Shown here piece after piece: positions 1 to 9,161 of a DNA stretch of 64,000 bases. The notes below the pieces were generated by a model, which had not been told where the DNA came from, did not search any database, and saw only the letters and a list, made by a program, of their open reading frames with translations. The position numbers were made by a program, and so were the translations under genes. Every line of letters begins with the position of its first letter. Positions within the stretch are counted from its first letter, which is position 1. The DNA lies in NCBI GenBank assembly GCA_038534095.1, contig JBCAXK010000001.1, forward strand, positions 1-64,000, given 5' to 3'. The stretch is from Chlamydiota bacterium (GTDB lineage Bacteria; Chlamydiota; Chlamydiia; Chlamydiales; SM23-39).

Positions 1-76
1 AAACAAAACGTGAAGAGATGCATCTTTCTTTAAAGGAAGTGGAAAATGTGACCTCGATTCGTAAAGTCTATTTGCA

Positions 77-973
77 ATGAGTAAAAAATCTTCTTGTTTT
101 TCTACGAAAATTGCACTTTCTTTAAAGGATAAGTTACTAAGAGATCTAGAAAGTCAAGGATTCGAAATATCCACACCAAATTATACGCTTTTTTCTGCAA
201 AGAAAAAAGGCGTCTCGTGCACATTGTACACCTCGGGATCCTTAACCGTGCAAGGCAAAGAAAAAGATTCTTTCATTGAGTTTTATCTTGAACCAGAAAT
301 CTTACATGATTTTTCGTATAGCCATCCAACAGCGAATGTCGACAAAACTGCGCGCATAGGATCAGATGAAGCGGGTAAAGGGGATTATTTTGGGCCCATC
401 GTTGTGGCAAGCGTATACGCCGACCAAGAGGGCATTGAAACCCTAATCAAACTCGGCGTAAAAGATAGCAAAACATTTTCTGATAAAAAGGTCACCGAAC
501 TAGCAGAAAAAATCCGTGCCGATTTTGACTACGAAATTGTGCGCATTATGCCGCCCAAATACAATGAACTTTACGCAAAATTCAAAAATTTGAACCGCTT
601 TCTTGCTTGGATGCATACAGCAGCTATCAAGCAGCTGTCTGAAAAGAGTCGTTGTTCAAAGGTCATTGTGGATAAATTCGCTCATGAATCTTTGATGGAT
701 AGTTTTTTCAAGCAAGCCAAGCTCAGCCTCGATCTTGAACAAAGGGTCCGAGCAGAAGAGGATGTTGTTGTCGCAGCCGCTTCGATAGTAGCCCGCTCTG
801 CTTTTTTATCTTCATTACGCTCTCTTGGAGAACCGTTTGGGAAAACCCTCCCCAAGGGAGCCTCTCAGCTTGTTGTAAAGACGGGAAAAGAAATCGTTCG
901 AGAACTCGGAATTCCAACCCTTGATACGCTTTCGAAAAACCATTTCAAAACGCGATCCGTCGTTATCAGTTAA
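77..973 (+). CDS. rnhC: Ribonuclease HIII
   Basis: N-terminal TBP-like domain (LYTSGSLTVQGK) followed by type-2 RNase H motifs IGSDEAGKGDYFGP, GVKDSK and VAAASIVAR. Confidence 0.95.
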   Translation: MSKKSSCFSTKIALSLKDKLLRDLESQGFEISTPNYTLFSAKKKGVSCTLYTSGSLTVQGKEKDSFIEFYLEPEILHDFSYSHPTANVDKTARIGSDEAGKGDYFGPIVVASVYADQEGIETLIKLGVKDSKTFSDKKVTELAEKIRADFDYEIVRIMPPKYNELYAKFKNLNRFLAWMHTAAIKQLSEKSRCSKVIVDKFAHESLMDSFFKQAKLSLDLEQRVRAEEDVVVAAASIVARSAFLSSLRSLGEPFGKTLPKGASQLVVKTGKEIVRELGIPTLDTLSKNHFKTRSVVIS

Positions 974-1005
974 GATCGTTTGTTCTTAAGGAGGCCCAAA
1001 AAAAG

Positions 1006-2559
1006 TTATAAATACCCAAATAACGAGGGACTATCGTTAGAACAGCGGATAAACTCTGCAGACCCCTCTTCAGAAAAAAGATCTAAAGTCATTTTCTCTA
1101 CCTGCCCTTTTCTGTTCCGAAAGAATTGCATTCCATGACTTTTCCGCCCTGCAGAAGGAAAGTGGACAGAAAAGAGATCCCGTTTTTCCGGATAGAGCGC
1201 CATGCTTGAGGATTTGGGTCCTACTTGCAAAACTAGATGGTCTTTCCCTTCTAAAATCCGGGCTTGGCCATACACCTCATTGTAATAGGTACCCACATAA
1301 TGAGCTATCGGGAGAGTATCTGAAGATAGCGTTACAGCAGATTCCTGGTCTCTCTTTTTTTCCTGCTTTTCGTAAAAGTAGTTCACCCAGTCACGCGGCT
1401 TTTTCCGAAAATACGCATCAAAAAAATCCCATACGATCCCTTCAGGAGCCTTGGTTCCTCGAAGATTGGTAAGCACAACAATCCCTAGCTGTTCTTCAGG
1501 GATGAACGCTGCCATCGATTTAATACCAAATGTTTCTCCGTTATGCCAAACAAAGGGCCTTGGATAAGACTCTGTATAGTTCCAGCCAAGACCGTAATAC
1601 GTTGGTTTTTTGCCGATATTTCCAACATAAATCTGTGGACGCCTTAACGTTCTCATCTGTTGTTTTTTCACAAGAGACTTGCCATCTACCTGACCTTGAT
1701 CGATATGGAACATTAGCCATTTGGCTACGTCCAAAGCGCTCGCATGAACTCCTCCAGCAGGCACATACTGATCGACTTTTCGAAGAAAAGGGGCTGCGTC
1801 AGGGATATGAACCACTCCCCCATTGATGAGCGCGTAAAAAGAGGAACGATTCTCTTTTGCTAAATACTCTTCAAACGATGCGCCAGCGTCTTTCATCGAT
1901 AAAGGGGTAAAAATATTTTCTTTTAGTAAAGCAGGAAACGAGGGCTTCTTTTCTGTGTCCGATTGGTTTCCCATCAGTTTTTCAATCGTCTTACCAGCAA
2001 GAAGGTAAAAAACATTTTGATAAGAATATTTAGATCGAAAAGAGTACTTTGGTTTGATGAATCGTAAATTGTAAATAATTTCTTCTGGAGAGTAGCCGAG
2101 AAGCGCTTGCATATCTCCTGTTTTTTCTGGCAACCCGGAGTTTTGGGCAAATAGATCTTTAAAAGCAAAGTTTTCCGTAGCAAGTGGATCTTGCAACAAG
2201 AAATCGGGCATAAGCTCTTGTACCCGAGTATCCCAAGCGCATTTTTGCGCGTCAACAGCCATCGCTGCTAAAGTAGCAGTAAAACTTTTAGAAATGGACC
2301 CAATCTGAAAAACTGTGTCTGGAGTGACCGGTTTCTTTTCCTCGAGATCCCGGTAACCATACCCTTTAGCATAAACGACTTTCCCCTTATGAACAAGAGC
2401 CACGGCCACACCAGGAATTTTCCATTTCTCTTGCGCATGCTCTACGATCTCATCCAACCGGTCGGGTAAAGATTGTTTCACCTGAGCATTAGGGAATAGA
2501 GAAAACGGGGCAAAAGAGGCGCTCAAAAAAAATAAAATTTTACAATATAAACTACGCAT
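1006..2559 (-). CDS. Secreted serine hydrolase, beta-lactamase/AmpC-like family, with DUF3471-like C-terminal domain
   Basis: Signal-like N-terminus; SxxK (GSISKSF), YxN (YSYQN) and HxG (WHNG) motifs; C-terminal YVGTYYNEVYG. Confidence 0.85.
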   Translation of the reverse strand: MRSLYCKILFFLSASFAPFSLFPNAQVKQSLPDRLDEIVEHAQEKWKIPGVAVALVHKGKVVYAKGYGYRDLEEKKPVTPDTVFQIGSISKSFTATLAAMAVDAQKCAWDTRVQELMPDFLLQDPLATENFAFKDLFAQNSGLPEKTGDMQALLGYSPEEIIYNLRFIKPKYSFRSKYSYQNVFYLLAGKTIEKLMGNQSDTEKKPSFPALLKENIFTPLSMKDAGASFEEYLAKENRSSFYALINGGVVHIPDAAPFLRKVDQYVPAGGVHASALDVAKWLMFHIDQGQVDGKSLVKKQQMRTLRRPQIYVGNIGKKPTYYGLGWNYTESYPRPFVWHNGETFGIKSMAAFIPEEQLGIVVLTNLRGTKAPEGIVWDFFDAYFRKKPRDWVNYFYEKQEKKRDQESAVTLSSDTLPIAHYVGTYYNEVYGQARILEGKDHLVLQVGPKSSSMALYPEKRDLFSVHFPSAGRKSHGMQFFRNRKGQVEKMTLDLFSEEGSAEFIRCSNDSPSLFGYL

Positions 2560-3210
2560 ACAAAGATTATAAAAAATCGAACAAAAAAAGAAAATACTTC
2601 ATCTCGCCTTATAGGCACTTAAACCGCTTACGCATTCACAAAAATATCAAACGTAAGGCGACACCTTCTTAGCGCCCCGCCGAAATAGGCTTTCAAGAAA
2701 AATCTCTAGAAAAAATTTTTTATCAAACCCTAGTAGAACCTAGTAGTTAGTTTAGGAGGAGTGTATTCATCAAAAATAGTTTATCGACTTTAAAGAACGC
2801 TCGACTTGCAACCATTTAAAGGGCTCCTCGTGATCATTCCCTCCCCCAGCGATCCCTTTTTTACGCATTTAGCGCTTCGATAAAAAGCTCAAGCGCTCCG
2901 AAGAGGTATGTTTCGGTGAAAACTTCCATAATGGTAAACAAGAGACTCCTAAAAAATGTTTTGCTTGTCCCAAATTTTTCATATTCCTTTGCCATTAGTT
3001 ATCGATCACTTGCTCATATTTTGTAATAAAGACTTTCTGTGAATTTGTTTTTTACAATGATCTTGAAAATTGATGCTATTAAAAATTTTACAACTAATAA
3101 AATCGTATACATAATTTTTAATTAGGATCTTTGAAAGAATTTTTCTTGTGTTATTTGATCCGAGTTAATTAAACTTGTTACAAAATCTTCGAAAATAAAA
3201 GGAGTAGACA

Positions 3211-4860
3211 ATGGAACAAACAAAATCCTTCCCTGTATTTAACGCATGTTTTCATCATAGCGTTTTCCAGCCTACGCATACTGACAGCAAAGAAACTTGT
3301 CACATTACTAATAGCACTATTAACAGCGTAAAATATGCCTCCAAGTATATTTTTTCTGTTTTCGCAGTTTTAGGTGATATACTACGCTACGGAGCTTTAG
3401 GAGCTATTAAGACAGCCGAAGCCGCTTACACAGTCATCAGCTGCGGATGTGGCGCAAAAAAAGAGCAGCTAACTACATTAGAAACAGGTAAGACACCCTC
3501 GGATGCCTTACAAGAAAACCCAGTTGATGAACAACCAGCTTCTCCCAATACCACTGAAAGCTCTTCTCAAAATAGTATTGAAGTCAAGATCGAAGAAGTC
3601 CCTGCTGAAACACCTCCCAAGGATAACGATGCACAACCAGTAGTTCCATCAATCATAATCCCTGAAGATAACTCAATCCCTGAAGATAACTCAGAATCAA
3701 CCGTCACCCTACTAAGCCTAAAAACTTCAGCTAATGAAACACCAAAAGGCACCTCTATAAAACCTCTTGAAGCAACTATGCAAGAGGCTACCCCTGAAGG
3801 TACGCCCGCTCAATCCCCAGCTGGATCAAGAGCTGCTCTTAACAACAACAGCCCGACTGTTAATGCAAACAAAAAAAATCCTATCCTAGATACTTCTTCA
3901 AAAAAATCTGAAGCTGTTGAAGGAAAGCCTCAGGAAACGACAGTTGAACAAGTAGCAGAGAACCCAGTCCCAACCATCCAAAGCACCCCTCGTGACTTGC
4001 CAGATTTGGAATCTCAAGAACCAACACCAACGAATAAAAACACAGATACTCCCGCTGGAAATATTAATCAAACAGCGGCTAAAAGCAGTAAAACCGATCC
4101 TTCCTACTGCAAGCGTATCGGAGACTATGCCCTAGGACTTTTGCCTTCTTGTTCAAAGAATGCTGATCCGGTCAACCTTCCAACAATGTCTGTTGGGGCC
4201 GGTAACGTCAACAATCAAACAGAAGAAACATCTTCTGTCGGATACTGCAACGGAGCCACTACTTGCTTAGAAAACACCTATTCAGGTGCTAGAAAGCGGA
4301 CAGAAAGTCTTTATAGCGCAAGCACAAGTCTCTGCGCATCTTTGATCAATCGAGTCTCTTGCTGTTCAAAAAAAGAAGGCGCGCAGAAAGCTGAAACTGC
4401 AACCACAAAAAAAGTCAGTTCTTGCTTTAACTGCAATACCTTCTGTAGCAAAAAAATCGCAGCTAAAGAGACTGCTCCAACAAACAAAAGTAAAAACTGC
4501 TGCTTGAAGAATAGAGTCTCTTGCTCAAAGATTCCTTTGTCTGCTTACTGGCAATGGGGTGTCATCTCTTTAGCAATCGCTGGAATAGCTGCAGCATATT
4601 ACTTCAACCTTCAGGGTGTAGGTGTAGATCAGCCTGCAGTACCAAGTGGTGTTTCGAAAAGCTCTTCAACTAATGATGCCGCAATTAAACTAGCGGAAAA
4701 AGTATTAGCTCCGGCAGTTGAAACACTGGCAGGAGAAGCAACTTCGGCAGAGGGCGCCTTCCTAAAAGAGCTTTACTCTACAGCTTCCTCTTTGGGTTCT
4801 AAAGCTTCCTTTTTGGGTTCTAAAGCTTCCGCTCTTTTTGCTGGATTATTAGGTCAATAA
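3211..4860 (+). CDS. Orphan 549-aa protein: low-complexity S/T/P/E/N/K core, Cys-rich repeats, C-terminal TM helix (candidate host-interaction protein)
   Basis: Long ORF with AAGGAG RBS upstream and a terminator downstream; TM segment AYWQWGVISLAIAGIAAAYYF; no Sec signal. Confidence 0.75.
   Translation: MEQTKSFPVFNACFHHSVFQPTHTDSKETCHITNSTINSVKYASKYIFSVFAVLGDILRYGALGAIKTAEAAYTVISCGCGAKKEQLTTLETGKTPSDALQENPVDEQPASPNTTESSSQNSIEVKIEEVPAETPPKDNDAQPVVPSIIIPEDNSIPEDNSESTVTLLSLKTSANETPKGTSIKPLEATMQEATPEGTPAQSPAGSRAALNNNSPTVNANKKNPILDTSSKKSEAVEGKPQETTVEQVAENPVPTIQSTPRDLPDLESQEPTPTNKNTDTPAGNINQTAAKSSKTDPSYCKRIGDYALGLLPSCSKNADPVNLPTMSVGAGNVNNQTEETSSVGYCNGATTCLENTYSGARKRTESLYSASTSLCASLINRVSCCSKKEGAQKAETATTKKVSSCFNCNTFCSKKIAAKETAPTNKSKNCCLKNRVSCSKIPLSAYWQWGVISLAIAGIAAAYYFNLQGVGVDQPAVPSGVSKSSSTNDAAIKLAEKVLAPAVETLAGEATSAEGAFLKELYSTASSLGSKASFLGSKASALFAGLLGQ
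3658..3693 (+). repeat. Perfect 18-bp in-frame tandem duplication (IPEDNS x2)
   Basis: atccctgaagataactca occurs twice in tandem. Confidence 0.95.
4783..4830 (+). repeat. 21-bp in-frame tandem repeat, about 2.3 copies (ASSLGSK/ASFLGSK/AS)
   Basis: gcttcct(c/t)tttgggttctaaa x2 plus gcttcc. Confidence 0.9.
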
Positions 4861-4929
4861 TTCCAAAAACACCGATTCTGGAAGAGGTAAACTTGATAAA
4901 AAAGGTTTCCTCTTTTCTTGTTCACTTAT

Positions 4930-4971
4930 CAGATCAATCCCTTTTTTAGGGATTGATCTGTTCGTTTTTTT
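4930..4971 (+). terminator. Rho-independent terminator of the 3211-4860 gene
   Basis: 13-bp stem cagatcaatccct/agggattgatctg, 5-nt loop, followed by ttcgttttttt. Confidence 0.8.
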
Positions 4972-5804
4972 GATCACTTTCTCCGAGCAATTCTTCATGC
5001 AGGTTACATACTGAGGGGAAAACCATTTTGATAAATACAGATCGAAATTTCTACTTCTCATAAAACTGCGGGCGCGGATTAAAAGTGGGGGAATTTATTT
5101 TAATAGTTTTTCCAGCATTCATCCTAAAGGTCTTTTGCTCTATATGCTCTAAGATGAATTCTATTCTTAGCATTTTCTCAGCTTCACCAACCTCCAGGTA
5201 GTTTGATCCTAGTCTACAAAATATGCTGGTTTGTGCTTTCAATTTCACGAGAGCCTACTTAGAAAACCTTGCTCTTCAGATCTGCTACCAATCTGCGCTT
5301 TCAGGCAGCCTGCTGTGATAGAATCGTTTGCTCATCCCTTCCACACCAATACTTTTTTGAGCAATAGCGGGTAACGATCGATTGCAATCTTGGCTATCTA
5401 CTTAGAGGTTTTTTTTAAACTTCCTACTTCACATCGAAAAACGTTTTATTGAACGTAGATGCAAAACTACGAAACAAGAAAAAATGATGAAACATGGACA
5501 AGCGACAGGGAAAGAGGAATAAAAAAAACCGATGAATCGAGCGTTCCATTAAAAATAGGCAAAAATAGAAAAATTTTAGAAGTGCGCCTGATGGAATATA
5601 AGAAAATTTTTTGAAAAATTCGTGGATAGGTTCACTTACAAAGTAGGTCATAAAATAAGTAAGACCATCTTTGAAAGGAAGTACATCTAAGGATAGATGC
5701 AAGCAGGAGCAGATAAAAAGCGACAGCCCGCGAGCGGAGCTCTATTGCATTTGAAACCTTCCATTTTAAAAAAACTCAGAAGGTTTCAGATACAACAGTA
5801 AAGG

Positions 5805-6011
5805 TTATAGAGGAGCAACTTCTCTAGCTTCAGGTCCTTTTCGACCGTCTTCTTCTACAAATTCGACCTTTTGTCCTTCACTTAAAGAAACTGTGCCCGC
5901 TACAAGTCCGTTAGCATGTACGAAAAGATCCTTTCCGCCTTCATCTGGAGTAATGAACCCAAAACCTTTTTGCGTGTTGAAAAATTTCACAGTACCTTTC
6001 ATTTTTCCCAT
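5805..6011 (-). CDS. cspA: Cold-shock protein (CspA family)
   Basis: 68 aa; GTVKFFN, RNP1 KGFGFI and RNP2 DLFVH. Confidence 0.95.
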   Translation of the reverse strand: MGKMKGTVKFFNTQKGFGFITPDEGGKDLFVHANGLVAGTVSLSEGQKVEFVEEDGRKGPEAREVAPL

Positions 6012-6334
6012 TTCTGTTACCTTATTTAAAGTTAAATATACAGACAGCTTTGTCCTTCAACGCTGTCAAAAGCAAGTATAACGAATAGTAAAGAAAATAC
6101 AGAGAAATAAGAAGGATTTATCGAAGAGAATCGCAAAAAAAGCACAATGTCAGGTCAGAGACAAGTGAATTTTTTATTTTATGCCTTGTTTCTGTAGAAC
6201 TTTTCCTTGGAATACGTTTAATACTTTCTTCTTATCATTATATTATCATAGAATATAGGGTAATTTCTCAAGATATCTGTGAATTTTTCATTTTTATCAT
6301 AAATATTTTTACTTAATTATACGGCATTTTTTCT

Positions 6335-7576
6335 ATGAGTTTTGATCATTTTCCCTTTGTTCCTGAACTGTCACGATCGATCCAAGATCTGGGCTATAAA
6401 GAACCCACCTCGATTCAATCACAAGTAATTCCAAGCATCCTCGAAGGAAAAGATGTGCGAGGACTTGCTCCTACAGGCACGGGGAAAACAGCGGCTTTTC
6501 TTTTGCCAACGCTTCACAAGATGACCAAACCTCTCGAAAAAAAACCTTCAGGACCTCGAGCGCTTATCCTGGTCCCTACAAGAGAACTTGGCATGCAAAT
6601 TGCTACCCAAGGTAATAAATACAGCAAATATTTGCCGAAGGTCAAAATCGTTTGTATCGCAGGAGGCGTTCCTTATCACAAGCAACTACCCAAACTCAAA
6701 CGTCCTTACGACATTTTAGTCGCAACGCCAGGAAGATTGATCGATTTGATGCGGCAAAAAAAAATTCGTTTGCGCGAAATAGAGCTCCTCATTTTGGATG
6801 AGGCAGATATGATGTTGGATATGGGATTTATGCCATCGGTAGAAGAAATTCTTGCCCAGGTCCCTGAAAAAAAACAAACGCTCCTATTTTCTGCGACCTT
6901 TGACAAGAGGGTAAAATCCCTTTCAGAGAAAATTATGAAAAACCCGATCGATGTGAAAGTAGAACGCTCAATCAAGGAACCTGCCCATATTGAACAAAAG
7001 CTCTATTACGCTACCAATCGCTCGCACAAAAACACCCTTTTAACTCGCCTCTTAGAGGATCCTACAAGAGAGCATACCATCATCTTTACTGCCACCAAAG
7101 TGTACGCAGACCAGCTAGCTTTAGAACTTTCAGAAAAGGGGTACAAAGCGAAAGCATTGCATGGAGATATGCACCAAAGGAAACGTACAAAAACGATTGA
7201 AACGATGCGCAAAGGGCAGATTGAGATTTTAGTCGCTACAGATGTCGCCTCAAGAGGCATTGATATTCAATCGATCACCCATGTGATCAATTACGATCTT
7301 CCGAGAAATCCAGAAGATTATGTCCACCGAATTGGACGGACAGGGCGCGCTGGCGCAAAAGGGATTGCTCTTTCCTTTGCGTTCGATAGAGAAAAGCACC
7401 TTGTCAAAAAAATCCAAGAACTCACCTCCCAAACGTTACTGACCGAAGTGATCGCGGGCCTTGAGCCAAAGCCGGCGAAAAAGCGTAAGAAACATGGACA
7501 TAAACGGTCTTCTTTTTCACACAAAAGAGACCGCCATCCAAAAAAATTCGTACATTCGAAGAAAAAACGTCGGTAG
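6335..7576 (+). CDS. DEAD-box RNA helicase (RhlE-like)
   Basis: Q motif, APTGTGKT, PTRELG, TPGR, DEAD, SAT and HRIGRTGR; basic C-terminal tail. Confidence 0.93.
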   Translation: MSFDHFPFVPELSRSIQDLGYKEPTSIQSQVIPSILEGKDVRGLAPTGTGKTAAFLLPTLHKMTKPLEKKPSGPRALILVPTRELGMQIATQGNKYSKYLPKVKIVCIAGGVPYHKQLPKLKRPYDILVATPGRLIDLMRQKKIRLREIELLILDEADMMLDMGFMPSVEEILAQVPEKKQTLLFSATFDKRVKSLSEKIMKNPIDVKVERSIKEPAHIEQKLYYATNRSHKNTLLTRLLEDPTREHTIIFTATKVYADQLALELSEKGYKAKALHGDMHQRKRTKTIETMRKGQIEILVATDVASRGIDIQSITHVINYDLPRNPEDYVHRIGRTGRAGAKGIALSFAFDREKHLVKKIQELTSQTLLTEVIAGLEPKPAKKRKKHGHKRSSFSHKRDRHPKKFVHSKKKRR

Positions 7577-7963
7577 GAAGAGGAGTAAAACTGATAAAAA
7601 CAGTCCTAGAAAACACGATCGGACTAAAACGGTTCTTTCCAACCTTTTTCATGGTTCCCAAAGTCTTGTAGAGACCTCATAAAGGCGCTTTGTAAGCCCT
7701 AGCGCTCTTACGGAAAGTGGGATATGAACATGCTGGCGCCTGGCATTTTTTCTCAAGCAGGATCTTCCCTCAAAATCTTTGAAAGGCGCTGGCCGCGCGG
7801 CTCAAATCGCACCTCGGCAAGAAAGGTATCCCCCTTTTTACGACCATCTATCCGAAAAAGGTGTGGCAAACCATTTTGAAGCCAATATCGTGAGCAGCTA
7901 AAGCGCAGTTTTGCGACTACCTAGATTCCAAGTAGGAGATCTATTGGGGCTATGGCTTCACAA

Positions 7964-9049
7964 TCAACCCCCTGTTTTGAAAAAATCTCTGCCCTTCGAA
8001 AAATCTTTTATATCCTGATGACTGGGATGTACCTTCACAAGAGAATGTAATAGAACCTCTAAAGAAAGGGTAGCAATCCAAATTTCCCCATCATCTTTGC
8101 CATAACTTAAATATACACAATCGTCATCAACAACAAATCCTCCAGGGAAAATGACCCGTTTTTCTGTACCTGAGTTTGTGTACAATTTATCCCCCAAAAT
8201 AGGATATTTCGATACTCTTGTAATCTCAAACGGAGGCTGATCACTAAATGTGTAGGCTCCTGCAAAATAGTGCCATAAAAGTTCACCAGAAGAAGCATCT
8301 GAAATCATCACACGCCCCGAGTGAAAAAATGCAAAATACTCATCTCCCATAAGACAAGGGATAGAACTCCCTCGGATCCGTCCATAATCCCAAAACATCT
8401 CGGTAGGTGTCCAAAAACAGGGAACGCACTCCCCTGTTTCTAAATCGATCTGCAAAACTTCGTGAGGATCTAACGTATACGATATGAATAACTGCTCTTG
8501 CCAAACAAAGGGGCTCCAATTTTTTTGCCATTTTTGCGTCTCATAGTGCTCGCGAGAAATGAGTTTTATCGAACTATCTACAAAGTAACCATCATCATTT
8601 TTTTTCAGCTCAGCAAGAAACATATCCCGTCTATGTTCATCTGTAGGGTGCACAATTTTGGTGTTATCGTTATAAATGAGATAGATTTTGTCTTGGTAAG
8701 AAAATAGCCGGGCATCTTCAGCTTGTGACTGGACTTGCTGTTTCGGAGTTCTTGTGTTGATCAGTTGAGGGCTAGAAGTAGGATGAAAGTTTTGATCGAG
8801 TTCGACAACACCAATATAACAAAAATAGGGATTTTTCTCGAAATCGGGAAGGTAGCGGAAGCTCAGCAAAAACCCATTTTCTATGGGTAAAATTGAAGGA
8901 TTATAAGCTCCAGAATACTCCTCAATCATCACCTGTTTTGTATCGAGAATCAGATCTTGAGAGATTGCTTGGTTAACAGCTCTGCCTTGGATAGAACCAA
9001 GCGTTGCAGAAAATAAAAGGCAAAAAGCGAGAAAAGAAGATAACTGCAT
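7964..9049 (-). CDS. Secreted five-bladed beta-propeller glycoside hydrolase-like protein (GH130-like)
   Basis: Signal peptide; YNPSI, EDARL, KNWSPF, VIFPGG and SYGKDD blade motifs. Confidence 0.7.
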   Translation of the reverse strand: MQLSSFLAFCLLFSATLGSIQGRAVNQAISQDLILDTKQVMIEEYSGAYNPSILPIENGFLLSFRYLPDFEKNPYFCYIGVVELDQNFHPTSSPQLINTRTPKQQVQSQAEDARLFSYQDKIYLIYNDNTKIVHPTDEHRRDMFLAELKKNDDGYFVDSSIKLISREHYETQKWQKNWSPFVWQEQLFISYTLDPHEVLQIDLETGECVPCFWTPTEMFWDYGRIRGSSIPCLMGDEYFAFFHSGRVMISDASSGELLWHYFAGAYTFSDQPPFEITRVSKYPILGDKLYTNSGTEKRVIFPGGFVVDDDCVYLSYGKDDGEIWIATLSLEVLLHSLVKVHPSHQDIKDFSKGRDFFKTGG

Positions 9050-9161
9050 AGAAAGAGTCCTTGCTATTTGTTTGTAAAGCCTTCCAGGCTACAAAATGCT
9101 AAGCATTTTTGGAAAGAACTCTTTTGTATTCGTTTCTAACCCGACCCTGTTGTAAGCACGT

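Noticed and set aside
1006..2559. Antibiotic-resistance beta-lactamase
   Set aside because: The SxxK fold with a DUF3471-like tail is shared by many peptidases and esterases; resistance cannot be inferred
4849..5702. Three short minus-strand ORFs or a possible pseudogene downstream of cspA
   Set aside because: No recognisable motif or RBS, and one crosses a terminator; decayed coding DNA cannot be excluded but is unsupported
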